This document shows, piece by piece, positions 25,401 to 40,400 of a stretch of 64,000 bases of DNA (its first letter is position 1; every line of letters begins with the position of its first letter). The notes below the pieces were generated by a model. That model was not told where the DNA came from. It ran no database searches and was given only the letters and a program-made list of their open reading frames with translations. A program made the position numbers and the translations under genes. Source of the stretch: Mytilus californianus (lineage: Eukaryota); NCBI RefSeq assembly GCF_021869535.1, contig NW_026262581.1, positions 111,848,001-111,912,000 of the forward strand. The letters are read 5' to 3'.

Positions 25401-28400
25401 TCTAAATAGATTAAAATGTGTGAGGCAATAAATGTCTTAAGAAAACATGATTTAGTCAAGCTCGGATATTCTTTTTCGTGTCAGCACATTGCAAATATTG
25501 AAATCCCATAGGAATACTGGTAGTATTTTCTTGATATTCTGACCTAATAACATCTAATGTTAATGATGTACCGGAAATAGATTCTGAAGATGTAAGGATT
25601 TTGAAATTAAAAATTAACCTATACTTTAGAGAAAAAATGTTGATGTTTTTTTAATTAGAAAGTTTTTGCTATGATCTATATTAAACTTTTTGATCAAAGA
25701 TTTGTAAAAATAGTTATTGTATTTATTTTTTTACTTGAGATTGATTTCACTGACAGTTCTAAATAAATATTTGCCTCAAATCATATCAAGTAAAATGACA
25801 TTCAAACCATCCAGTGAAGGTGTCAATCAACATCAAAATAAATTTGTAAGTTTAAACTGCTTTTCCATATACAATATATCAATACATGGTTTACGAAATT
25901 CTATCCTTGCGAAGAGCCATAATACTGTAAGCTACAAAACTATCCACCTACCATACAATATTGTTTTTGGAAGAAAACGAGCCAATTTTTGATAAACCCT
26001 TATATTTCTCGATGACTATGAAAAAAACCACGTCAAACATCTGTTACGTAAGTTTTCTATAGAGAAATAAGGAGATGCAATATGATTGCCAATGAGAAAA
26101 CTATCAACCAGAGTTCAGATGACATAGATATAGGCAATTATAGGTCACCTTAATCTTTAAGAAAACCCATATATACCGTATAGTCAGCTAAAAGGTCCAT
26201 TTTACAGGTGCATGGGGCATTGTTAATTTATCCTTAATATTTCAACTTATCTTCCCTTATTTTATGTGTTCTGCCGTTTGCATATACAATCAAACAACAA
26301 CTATAGTTTATACTTGCTGCTCGTTTACTCATATTTTGAAAAAAAAGAAGTGAGTGCAGCACGTATACATAAACTGTCGTTATTGTAAGATTGTATGGGT
26401 AAAATGCTCTTTCTCGTTTGAGAACTGTAGTGTATTATAAGTTATTCTTATTTCTGAATGAGTCCATTTGATTACAGCATAATAACCCTGTTGGTCTAAG
26501 AGCACATAACTCTTGTTTTTATATTTTAACAATAGAAGACCACGTCCCTCTGAATGGTTAACAAATAAGCCATATTACTATGAAATGTAAAAATCTATTA
26601 TTTAGGCAATAAAGATAACATAAAATGATTAATATGAATCATATAAGAATAGTTAATTTCGAAGACTTCTATGTATTTTCGCGAATTTTGAAATTTTCGA
26701 ACAAATAAGCAGAAAATCCGGTGTAAGTCAAGCCTTGAATACAGAGAACAGTTAATCAAATAGACTCTCACTTTATTTGAACGCTTATAGATAGTTATTG
26801 GCAATCATACAACGTCTAATATTTATTTATATTCTGTTTTTTGTCAATTGTCATATATTCCTACATTATGACATTCATCAATTATGAGACAATATTTGTT
26901 ATAGAATATGTTATTAATAATTCAGATCCATGCGTATCATTCTCGATCATTGACGAAAACTGGAGGTATTTCAATAATACGGTAGAAGAGGATCATTGTG
27001 ATAAGAATATCACCGAAGGCTGGTATAGAATGGACATCAATGGACGACCTGCTACCATACCAACTGTTTGCATAAAGGTACAAACTTGTGTCTTTTAAAT
27101 ACTTAAAAATACAAGAATATCGATAACAAATGGGGTTATCACTAAGAGATAGTTTTAATCTGAAATAGAAAATTTTTATCTGAATATATCCATCCTACAA
27201 GTACGTTCCAGATCTAGAGTTTGGGAAACCTCTTTCATCAAATGTTTTCCAATTTCAAAATCAAAGGTCTCAACAGTTCTGAATTAAGCGCAAAATGTTT
27301 GATAAGAGTTTGAAAGACTGATGACAATTTCTTTCTCAGTGTTCTCAAACAAATATACCATATCGTCACTTCTAACCATAATGTCCTTTATCAGCTGGTT
27401 TATTCTGGTAACTGCGTACATACGTTAGGAGATAGCAACTGTCAAACAGACAGCTATCTAGTAAAATAATGAAACATGTGTTATTTAAGACCGCATGTCA
27501 ACTGAATTTACTGTATGGTCCGTTTATTCTAACAAGCATAGTTTCAAGTTTTAGTTTTGCTTCCAGTTGTGAATCTGTAACTAAAGTTAGAATAGAATCT
27601 TGCTAAAACCATACAACATTCCTATTGGTATTCCTATGGGAACGAACTGTGTGCCTCTCCTTGCCGACCTTTTCTTATTTTCATATGATTCGGAGTTCCT
27701 GCAGACACTTGTGAAAAAAAGAAGATCAAAGTTGCCAGATCATTTAATATCAATTTCAGATATGTTAAAGGGAAAATTCGCGATTTTTTACTTTTCATCT
27801 TATTATGTTCATAATACCATAAAAAACATATTTACCAAGTTTTATCTGGATATGAACACTAATAAAGAAGAAAATTGGGAATTAATAATTCAATTTATTC
27901 CAACTTCCTGACTTATGTGACGTAGTTTAAGTCTTTTTGCATGCCGGGAGTGAATAAATCTCGTTGTAAGTCTTGTTCGTTAATCATCTAATAACTCGAT
28001 TTAAAGCGCATCGACGACTTTTGGCGTAGCTATTAACCAACTAATAATTAAGAAAGTAAAGTGATCCGCCGTGCAACTTTCAAAATTAAAATGTACAATT
28101 TATATTTAAAGGATTTCTGATATGATTATAGTAATAAAAGTAAATCATACAATAGAATATATTTTCATGAATTTTTTTTCCGACGGATATTTTGAACAAA
28201 CATATATAACTGATATTGTTTTACAAATGCATGTTTGTATTCTCACCTGAAGGCTTTTACTTCAGTCTAGTACTGTGTAAATACAATGTGTATTGTACTG
28301 TGATACTAAGTGACCACCTGTTGAATGCGTGGTTAAATTCAAGGTAATTAAAAGATTAGCATTCTGTAATTCTATTCTTTTGATCTTCACTCAGTGAATT

Positions 28401-31400
28401 TTAGCCAACACGGTTCACCGTTACAGGTGTGAACAACATTTCGTATGAATGATAAAAACATTAATTATTTGGGGAGGAATATGGTGGCAAAATACCTGAA
28501 TCGCCGTTATATACATGTATATCTTTTGTATTTTGCGTAAGCTTAATTTTAAAATAGATAGGTGAGTATTTTGTTGTAACATCGAAATTCTGAATTACTT
28601 TCAATTAAATAATTTTACAAATAAAAATGGCCCACGAAAACGAGCGTATAAACCAAACACTGTACTTACTTTTTCAAATTATCATGGGTATTAACCGTGA
28701 AAATTTCAATGTTTAGAGAAAATTATCGCGGTTACATGATTAATATAGGTTGGTCCGTCCACAGCGATCTACATTTACCTAATCGGGAATGCCCTTATTA
28801 AAATATTTAAAATCCCACAACGTATACATACTTTAGCTATTTGACCAACGATGTTTAAAAAAAATAACAGAATCAATCTAACGTCAACTTTCCATTTTTG
28901 AATGGAGACAGACCGGAGGAATCAATTTTCAATGTGCTTTATATCTTGTACCTTTGCAACACTTATCATTCATTCATAAACCCACTTTATACCAGAGACA
29001 TATATGTCAGTCTTAACTGACAAGAATACACCTAAAGCGGACAAGCAGTATTTTCTTTAAGCTTCTGTGATTTAATACCAAGAAAGAAAAAAATCCCGAA
29101 ATTAATTTGATACTTTGATACTCAATATTTTTCCTGGAATATATTCATATCCTCGTTTGGTCTGAAAATAAGATAAGAATTTGGTATACAGAACATGCAG
29201 AAGTGTGAATGTCATAAAACCTTGTTATATCAGAAACCATTATAAATGTGAACCTGTATACGTAAGACCTCATGGGACGTCACCTAACCACATACAGGTA
29301 ATATACAAGTAGCTCTGTTATACCCGGAAATGTCAAGGTAAATCACTACCGATACAGAATGTACCAATGCAAAGAAAATTCTGATGATTGTGAAGCATGA
29401 CCATTCATGATTTTAGAGGAGTCTTAGGTGGAAATTGCCGGTACGATTTAAATTCTGACTATATTTTTTTCTCTCAATTTAAATCACTGAACTTAAAAAA
29501 AAAAGAATCAGAATTCTTCATGTAAATCTGAGACTACTATATTTTCTCTTATATTACTCTCATTTAATATTTTATGCATAAGTGCAATATTAGGAATGGT
29601 TTATCCCCCCTCCCTTTTAAGCTAACTAAATAAATTAATCAACCTTCTAGCTGACCAGACGTTAACACATCTACTATCAGTCAATTCGGAGTGAAGTTTC
29701 TTTATTTCTTCAAATAAGCTTTTTGGGGATCATTAGTGTACGTCCAGTGGCATATATATTACATGCATGTCGGAACAGGAAAATTGACATGAGGTATAAT
29801 AGAACCATGTTCACATTATTACATTATTATATATAATACACAACCATTGAGATGATGACGACTTTCTTAAACTGTTCAAAATAATCTTATGGAAATAAAA
29901 ATCTGTGATTTTACTATGTGCATAACTTTGATGAACCNNNNNNNNNNNNNNNNNNNNNNNNNNNNNNNNNNNNNNNNNNNNNNNNNNNNNNNNNNNNNNN
30001 NNNNNNNNNNNNNNNNNNNNNNNNNNNNNNNNNNNNNNNNNNNNNNNNNNNNNNNNNNNNNNNNNNNNNNNNNNNNNNNNNNNNNNNNNNNNATTTGATC
30101 AAACAATATATATATATACAACAATTCATAATAAAAACAGAGATCAAATATCCAGCCTTAGAACAGACTTATGAGACACTTAGATATCGACCTGTATTTA
30201 AACTGAGACTACTATAACACAGTAGTCTCAGATTTGAATCAGATTGGTTTTGGATGTTTCTCTCGTATATTCAATATACATGTATATATTCTAAATTGCG
30301 ACTATCTATAGTTCCGTAACCTTCTATCTAGGCGTATAATCCAATGATCGACAAGTGCGTACATTTTGTTAAATCAATATTTGTACGTTTCAAAATGTCC
30401 ATAATTATTGACAACGAGTAATTACTTACATTTTCCCCAATTTACGTTTGGAAAATATGTAAATATATTTTTATTTTATCAAATCTTTTTTTGGAATTAT
30501 TTAGATTTTCATAAATGTTCTTTACACCATAAATGTTATTTATAAACAAGCGTATGAGTTTAGTCATATATACAATGGCTATTATATCTATGGTTTAGTA
30601 AAGACTAGCATATCACTATCGGACACGCAAGCCAAAGATGTATATTCACCTGATAGTTTCAAAATGGAAAGTTACAAGTTATCGGCCGTGTACACTTCTC
30701 AATACCCTCAGAGGTGAAGTGATGCACGAACTTGCTTTATGTAATTGTGTAATAAGAGTTTTAAAGCCCGACAAGAAATCGCTTGAATACCTGGACGTGT
30801 CAACTCACAATACCTCTGGGAACAATTCCTTTAGCAATGCTGGTGATCAGATAAGGGAAGGTCCGAATTTATTTAAATAAGATTATTACATAAATTAATT
30901 ATGAACACACTAGATTTTCGAAAACATTTTTACACGGAACACTTAATTTATCACTTTGAACTTTTTAACTAATTTCCATTAACATTTCTTGTTTCAAAAA
31001 CTTAGTAAAAAAAACAGTTTCAAAACGACAGACCATAGTACTAGTTATGCAAAAAAAATTATATATAATTACATTTTCCGTATCAAGTTAGTTAGGAAAG
31101 GTTGCATGCACAACCATGTCTATTATAATCTTTTTTTGTGACCTGGGAAACTGTTTAGGCTTTCCTTGTCGGGTAAAACAACCGTACGCTTGACAAGATA
31201 TCGACACTCAATTACGGCTACGTTAGGTTACTGCTTGTTTTGGTCCTTTGTGGTTTATAGATATATCGTGGTTTCTATTCAGGGATGATGTCAAAATGGC
31301 CGCACGCGGAGAAGTGATACTCTAAATTTAAAATCGATGGTGATCTCTTATCTAGCAGAATTAAACTTTAATATTTATGAGTTTGTGGTTTTTTATACAT

Positions 31401-34400
31401 AATCAACATAATATCAATTTTTCATTTTTTTGCGAAGTTTCCCTTTAATGATGTTCTTTCCATTAACAATCCAAACTTTCCTGATTGGGTTCCATTAATA
31501 TATCCTCCAGAACTAGAAATTAATGAAACAACAGACACGACTTCCTCCGCCTCATTTTAGACTTGTACTTTGAATTTGACATTAGCGGTCATCTCAGTAC
31601 AAGAATCTATGACAAACAAGACGCAGGTAAAGTTGGTATATGGCTGCTAAGGTGGGGGAATTTCATAATTTCAAAATAAAACGTCAAAAGTGTCTGAGTA
31701 GGGAGATTGATGAACAAGGGTTATGTAAAAAAAAAAGCTTCGTCCTTTTTCTAAAAAAAAGTTCATCGGAAGATACCAAGACCTTGTTGATAAATATTCC
31801 GTATCAACTTCACAAATAATACATGAAGGTCTTGAAGTATAAATTCTAGGTACTGACGTTGTTTATCATCTTAATTACGTGTAATAGTGTTCTATTTATT
31901 TGCCTTGTATATTTTTAACCCTACTGTTTAGTCCTTTTTTGGTAATATCCTTTTGGCGTGGCTCGGTATGTATACATCTCATCATTGTGTAATTGTGCTC
32001 TGATCAATTTTTGTATTCGTATCTTTCATTCTTGCTTATGTGCTTTGTCTACAGAGTGTCTACATGCCATTGTGTTTATCTTTGTTGACATAGTTGTTTG
32101 TTTTTAAAGTGATTAAGATTTAAACACAATGTTGACTGCTGTATCCCTATTTTTAACATTTTTACCTATTATGTGTGTTTGTTTTGCTCGCACATTGTTG
32201 TCAATATAATGGAATTTCATGCGACTGTCATACAAGTGAAAGGTTTAGCTAGCTATAAAACCAGGTTAAATCCACCATTTTCTACAGAAGGAAATGCCTA
32301 TACCAAGTCAGGAATATGACAATGTTTTCCATTCGTTTGATGTGTTTGAGCTTTTGATTTTGCCATTTGTTAAGAGACTTTCCGTTTTGAATTTTTCCTT
32401 GGAGTTCGGTATTTTAGTTTTTTTACTTTTTACAGTTCATTTTATTTACTAGTATGTCTCAATTTGTTAGTTTTTAGACAAAGTTAACTGGTCTATTTCT
32501 GTTCTTCGTCTATACAAGTAAAAACTACACAAAACTGTAAGAAGAAGGCGAGATTTGGTGAAAATTGACACAAAAATGTGTTGTATTTTATATTTATGGA
32601 AATTTGCAGAATCTTTTATGCAAGTGATCGTTAATGTATCCCAGGTTTTCAACTTACATATATATTCCATGCATTTCATGATCTCCAACGTCAATCTAAC
32701 AAGCTAACGTCAATCTAACAATATTATCTTATTGTCATGATTCTGAATATGACAGATTTTAGTGGGGTTCGTGTTGATCAGTTCTTAGTTTTCCATGTTG
32801 TGTATTGTATGCTGTTATTTGTCTTTGCTTGGTCGTTCTTTTGGGTTTTTTTTTTGCCATGGCATTGTCAGTTCGTTTTCGATTTATGAGTTTGATGATC
32901 ACTTTGGTATCTTTCGCCTTCATTTTGCTATTTGATATGTTTTTCAGATGTGTATGACATACGAATGATGAATGCATAGTAGAAGACACTGTCCACGCAC
33001 TTGGTCTCACTTCGTTTGAATTTATGTGTGAATCGTTTTCACTCGCATGTTTGTCTTTTTTATCTAGGATTTATTAATTAACCTGGCACTGCCATACGAC
33101 TTTGATCGTTTAAAAAGTGATGGTGGCGTTGAGTAAACTGTACTAGATATACATAATATTTAAGTAAAAAGTGAAGCATTTGTAAGTAGTATTCTAAAGT
33201 ATTAGAAACGCCTTTTCTTATCCAAATGCCTGTAACGTAAACGCAGAAATACACACAATTAACCATATTTTTTTAATGTAGGGACCAGCATGTGGTGTAC
33301 GAGTACCGCTTCATATCGAGTTCATCTATGATGAACCGCTTCCTGGGCAAATTGAAGAGGCTTCTATTTGTGGATCACATCATATCGAAGGGAAATGGGA
33401 TTGCTGTGTTCTCAGACGAATGACCCAAGTTAAGCACTGCGATGGCTTTTATGTTTACAAATTGACACCACTAGACCGATGTAATGCTGTGTATTGTGTT
33501 ATAGGTATGTTGTAACTTCCCAAAATATAAAAGTTACTTTATTTCAACAACACCAGTATAAGATGTTGTTGTAAAAGTATTCTTTTGGTTTTCAAGTCCT
33601 GATGTGATGATTTTCGATTTTTGCCTGAAGTAGTCAAACCCAAGTCTCCATTATAACCTAGCTTTGCTAAAATCCATCTGCATGATACTATTTCCCTATC
33701 TTAGAAGCTACTCCTCCAGATTGTCTATGATCGTCATAGATTACTTGAAAATCCCTTTCGTGTTATTTTCACTATCTATCTAACACGTTTGATTGATTGA
33801 TTATGCCGATTTGTGTTGGTGATTTAATCAAAATCGGTATATTCCAAAGAATAATAAGTTTTGAAATTATTGAATAGAATAGATTGCATTTTGTTTTTCT
33901 TTCAGTATTAAAGTATAAAAAATTTATTTTCACGAAGAATTTATGTTTCGTATTGAAAACATCATGCACATTATCTAAAATTTAATCATAACTTTTGTTT
34001 TAATTATTTCTAACTAAAATTAAATTAGGAGACACAAATGATGTAGGACGTTTTACAGTCAAGACTGGAGAAACCGTTCACCCATCAGATTATGGCATGC
34101 ATGGTTTTAGCTACTCTTCACCTACCAATCCAGATCATGACTTACGTGACAATCATGACAATCTCAATCCTCCAATCCGGACACGTGACATTACATCGGT
34201 ATTGGAAGGTAAACATTAAATAGGAAATGCTTCAAATATATAAACATAGCATAGGAAAGCAAAATTTACAAAAGGTTGAACTAAAATCTGCCTTATGCTA
34301 TCAATGCTGGTGGTAGAAACATCTAAGTGTTTTTGAATAATTTTCCCATTTTTTTAACAGTAAATTACAGAGAATGACCATATCAATGATATTTGATGTC

Positions 34401-37400
34401 AGCATATGAGTGCTGACTACCACCAAGCTTATGATTCCATCGGGGGCACAATTTCCAGTAGCAGAAGCATCGACCCAGTGAATGTAATAACTCATTAGAA
34501 ATACCAGGTCTACGAAAGACTCGGGAGCGTTCGAAAAAAAAAATGGAATGCTAAATCAATTGCAAAGTTGAAGCAGAGAACTATATATGTCTGTGTTTGA
34601 AGAGTGTTCGAAAGCGAAGGTTCCAAAATGTTTTGCTATATCTTTTCCTTGCGATAGAAACACCTCAGTGTTTTCAATGATTTGCACATTAATTCAACAT
34701 TTAATTTACAGAAAATGACCGTATCAATGATATATATAAATATAATATAATAGATACAACAACGTCGTCTATTTTGTTGGTAAATCGAGTTACATAAGCT
34801 GTTTGATAATAGAAGTTAGTAATTTTTGTAATGACAATTTACTTGGAATCCCAACATATACTCTCATGACACCTGCGAAAGAGGAAATCATATCAGTCAT
34901 ATGTCTGTTCTATGTTCCTATGTTGGAACTACAACCAAAGATTACAAACTGGATCTTCCTTCAATGTACTGGATACCCAAATTGCATAAGGGTACTTGCA
35001 TTATTATATTGCTTGGTCTGCTAAATGCTCCACGAAACCTCTTTCCAAATAATTAACATCTATTTAATCAGCAATTAAAACCCGCCTACAGTGAATGGCG
35101 TGAATCAGATGTGGATACTAAAAAAATCTAAAGATCTGTTAGGACACGAAGTAAGTCTCTTTCCTCGTGCAATATTTCACTTCTATACCATTTACACTAG
35201 TGTTGATTATTCTAATTTATAAGACAGATTGAAAGAATCAGTCAAAAGTTAAATAACAAAAATACCGAACTCGAACGAAAATTCAAATCGGAGAGACCCT
35301 TATCAAATGGAAAAATCAAAAGCTAAAATCACTTCAAACAAATGGAAAACAACTGTCATATTCCTGACTTGGGTCAGACATTTCCTTATGTGGAAAATGG
35401 TGAATTAAACCTGGTTTTATAGCTAGCTAAACCTCTCACTTGCATGACAGTCGCATAAAATTCCATTATATTGACAACTATGTGTGGACAAAACAAACAG
35501 ACATAAGGGGTAAAAATGTCAAAAATAGGGGTACAGCAGTCAAAATTGTGTTATAATCTTAATCACTATGAAAACAAACAAATATGTCAACAAAAAAACC
35601 CAAAATGGCATATTGACATAAGCACATAAGCAAAAATGAAAGACAAGAATACCACAGCACAATTTCACAATGGCGGGATGTATAAGTACCGAGCCACGCC
35701 AAAAAGATATTACCAAAAATGGACTAAACAGTAAAGGTTAATAATTTACAAAGACAAATAAAAGAACACTATAACACGTAATTAAGATGATAAACAACGT
35801 CTGTACCTAGAATCTATATTTCATGACCATCATGTATTATTTGTGAAGTTGATACGAAATATTTATCAACAAGGTATGTTCTGATGAACTTTTTTTAGAA
35901 AAAGGACGAAACGTTCTTGGACATAAACCTGGTTCATCAACCTTCTGCTCAGACACTTTTGACGTTTTATAAAGACTGGGCAGCAGCTGCAAGCACTTGA
36001 ATACCGAATGAGTTGGGAAATGTATATAAAGGCAACAGTAGTATACCGCTGTTCGAAACTCATAAATCGATAGAGATAAAAACAAATCCGGGTTACAAAC
36101 TAAAACTGAGGGAAACGCCTCAAATATAAGAGGAGAACAACGACACAACAAAAACACAACATTAAAATGTAACACACACAGAAACGAACTATAATATAAC
36201 AATGGCCATTTTCCTGACTTGGTACAGGACATTTCCCATTGTATATCCCATATGCAGGTGAAGTTGGTATATTGCTACTAAGGTTGATAATTTCAAAATT
36301 AAAATCGTCTCGTTTGTCAAACTTTGTTTTAAAAAAATGGTCAACGTAGATACAAATATCTTATTTTAGGAAGGCTTAAATTATACCTTGTACAAAACAC
36401 TTTGAATCTAACAAAAAATTCTCTGAATCTGACATCATCCAGATTGTTTTTATTGACAACATATTTGTTACATTTGGAGAACGTGTTTTCCAACAGACAA
36501 TCGGGATTACTATGTGAACCAACAGTACTCCTCTTCGTGTCGAATTGTTCACCATCACGAATTAGAAGGCCGATACGATATGTGTATGTATCAACTCACT
36601 AGTGACATGTTTTTGCAGTCTTGGACCTTTAGGTACCAGAATAGCCGTCTCTTTTGTAATTATCCGATCATGTCCAACTCCCCATGGTGACGTTTTGACT
36701 GATTTGACCTTGTGGATTTGCATGACAGGTGATGCATGCATATCAGGAGACGCTTACCCTGCCAACGCCACAGTCTCGCTTCTTTTGAAGGTCATGATAT
36801 TCACTCAGTTTTTATTTGTTAACTTAATTCGTCATTTAATCGATTTATGAGATTTAAACATCGGTAAAGTACTATTCCTACATATTTATTTATTCATACG
36901 AAAAAATATTATACAGGAGCTTATCAGGAAGAATGAAAAGTAGCTAGCATTATCCTTTAACATGATGTCACCTCAATAAAAGAGAGGCGAAAGATACCAA
37001 AAGGATATTCAAACTCACAAATCGAAAAGAAACCAACAGTGCCATGGCAAAAAAACGAAAAACGACGAAAAAACATACACCAGTACACAAAAAACAACAA
37101 AGAAAAATAAAGACTGAGCAACACAAACACTACCGAAAATCGGCGGTGATCTCAGGTGCTCCGGTACAGTAAGCAGATCCTGCTCCCCAAATGTGGCACC
37201 CCTCGTGTTCCTTATGTAAGTAAATGTTAGTCAATAAATAATTCAAAATTTGGTGAATATGTTGAACGCATTTATCTCAACGAAATTGAAATAAAGGAGA
37301 CCAAAGATAAAATTAAGCTTGCAATATAACTTGATTTTCATCTAGAAATCGACAATAAGTGATAAAATCAGGTTTTTTTGGATTATAGTGAACTTTCTAT

Positions 37401-40400
37401 GTTGTGTAGCAACACTCTAGCAGCGCCTGCATTAGAAGTATATATCTCCCAGTTTATACGATATTCCCTTGAAAAATGTTGCTGCTTATAAGGAGTCATT
37501 GAACCAGGGTTTCCTAGTAGTGACATTGAAGTCATCTCTCCGACAGTTTTACAGACCCCATCATGATTTGATTGATCTTCATGGAATATATGTGTCACAT
37601 ACTAAAACGAATATGTTCCGATTATAATAACCACACTCTCGAATTCTTTTCTTCGCGGAATGAAACTTATTACCGAATTTCTACTTGCCATGTGCAACAC
37701 GACGTCTGTCACAAGTGGAGCAGTATCTTGATTTTACTCGTGATTTCCTGGTTTCAACATACACATTTAATTGTAAGAAATAAACGTTTCCTTTTAAGTT
37801 TATTGGAATGTAACGTGAAATGTTGATAGTGTTTTTTAGAAATTCAGTGCTTCATACAAAGCTTTTACATCCAATAAAGTAACGGGGGGAAAAAAGAAAC
37901 CAATTCTAAAATACAGAAGATGCATTTACCTGTATCAAAAAGGATGCAAGTGCTAGACATTATCAAATAATATTACAATAAGGGTTATTCCAGAGAAACA
38001 TGTCGCACTGATATCGGCATTAAATGATTATAATATCAGGTGAGCGGTATTTATTTATTACTTAGTATATTGTTGTTATTGTTATATAAAGATGATAAAA
38101 AATAAATCAAAAGAATACAATGAATAGCCTTTCATGCATTAGTTTTACGTTTAAGGGTAAAACAATGGGGAAAGGCGAGAGGTTTCCCCCATACGCCTGA
38201 ACAGTTACTTGCCAAATATACTGCAGCTAAATTAGGCTATAATAATAGCCATTTAAGTATTACAAAGAAAAGAAGCCTCTAAATGAGAACATGATTGTGA
38301 TTTAAATGTAAAATTAACTTGTTTCTATATTTTAAAAATAAAGACAACAGAAACTATAACAGGTGCTGTATTTAATGAGTTTATATGCATCAGTATTAGG
38401 CATAATCTGATTGAGAATATGTTTTTTATTGCAATTTATTATCATTACTAATTTTCATGTTAATCTATGCGTAAGTATCGACAGTACTTGGTGAAATTTA
38501 TCTCAAAATCACGTGTAGTGTGCATCAATTTAGTTTTAGTATTTGTTTATAATGCATTATCCGACAAAATCAGGTGAAAGTGCGATTTACGATCGTTGTA
38601 AACCAACACATTACTGTTAGAAAATGATATACATGGCAGATAAAGGATCTTCAAAAGAGAACCGGAACATTTAGCCTATAAGGATATCATTCAATAATCA
38701 GTACTTAAAACACAAATTATCGACTATAATGGGTTAGGGGCTTGGGCCACCTTGATTTGATCCTCCACAAGATCACAAGATACTAATTGCTATATTAACT
38801 AGTTTATAATTGGAATATAATAATTCTTATTAATAATGGTACATTTTTCTCATCAATTGTTTCCTATTTTATTTCAATAAGACTTCCTACATCATGACTA
38901 AAATTCAGTTATAACTGTTTCATCAAACGAACATCTAGAAACTGAATACTGTCTTAAAACTTGCATAAATCTGACTATAAGTGTTACACAATCATAATGT
39001 TAATCAAATTTATTTGCAGATCAACCTATAACTTGTAACGATGGATACTTCCCCTGTCGAGACAACAAAGAATGCTACCACAATGCCTCCAGATGCGATA
39101 ATGAGTTCAACTGTATTGATCGGTCAGATGAAATACACTGTCCACGTAAGAAAATATTTCTCGTCATTTTCTGTATTTCTATTTCTAAATTATTATATAT
39201 CTCACATTTCTGTGCTTGAAAATCGTCATTTTACTTTCGTTGTTTACTCAAATTCAGTTAATTCAAGATTTTACAATAAAAAGCGAGACTTCATTTTCTC
39301 CATACCGCAAAACTGCAAATAATGTATATTTATTTGTTTGCTACTCCAGCTGTCAACTATTGTCCAGAAGGTTCTTACAAGTGTGGCAATGGTAGATGTG
39401 CAGTAAAATCAGAAGACTGTCGACAGGCATCCTATAGTGAATTATCAACCAACATTATCAGTCCTTCAACAGCTTACAGTATCAATCCTCAAAAAACCAA
39501 AACTATCGATTCTACAACTTCCCAAAGTGTCAATCTTGAAACAATGTTAAGTTTTCATCCAACAACGGTTAAGCATTTCGAAGTCCAAACTTCTCACACA
39601 ACTTATCTAACAAATGCCGAGATAAGAACAAGCAGTTGGGGTACAAATATGCAAAGTGGCACACATAGAACCCCAAATCATAGCGATAGGACTTCTACCC
39701 AAGGTAATGTCATTTTTCATACCACAAACATAAAACTCCGAGCGTTATCGTGACACATGTTATCTAAAAAATCTTAAAATCAACAAGATATAAACAGGAA
39801 ATTATTTATCAACTTCTCCATTGCTATTGTCTTGTTGTCCCCTGGGCAACATGTTGCATGAGAAATATCGGGCGTCCGTCCGTCCGTCTGGTTTGGTTAG
39901 CGCTCTCACGTGTACAATTCTTGCCAGATTTTTATGAAACTTATATCATAGGTTTATATGAGCAATGTCTTGGATGAGTTCGAAAATCAGTGCCGATCAA
40001 TTATTTTTAAAAGAGTTATGCCCCTTGGAAACATTAATTGTATTGAAAATAGCATCGTTAGCGCTCTCATTTGTACAATTCTTGCCAGATTTTTATGAAA
40101 CTTATATCATAGGTTTATATTAGCAATGTCTTGGACGAGTTTGAGTTCATATTTCCGATATTAAGAGGAAAACATTTACAACTTGTTTTCATCGAAAACT
40201 TTGGTGTAATATTACTAATGAAGAATTGTGATTGACAACAGCATTTGGGTTACATCAAATTATACCACAGCATATTTCATACGTTTTATCATGCACTTAA
40301 CAAAGGTAACCAAAGAAATTTTTATAACCATTCTCTGCTGAAGTCGAAGGAGTCTGCTTATAAAAATTAAGCAGCAGAAAAATAAGAGACTAAGTAAAGC

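Noticed and set aside
29160-29400. Cys-containing coding-like stretch (KNLVYRTCRSVNVIKPCYIRNHYKC...) ending at a GT
   Set aside because: Lies inside the Kolobok-like insert, has no good acceptor or recognisable family, and is not needed because the D8C exons join directly
23952-30217. ORF-track entries containing X runs
   Set aside because: Artefacts of translating across the two N gaps
35881-35912. CTGATGA...GAAA spacing resembling a hammerhead
   Set aside because: It is the antisense of PLE coding sequence (RFVLFLKKVH), and no convincing stems II, III or I can be formed
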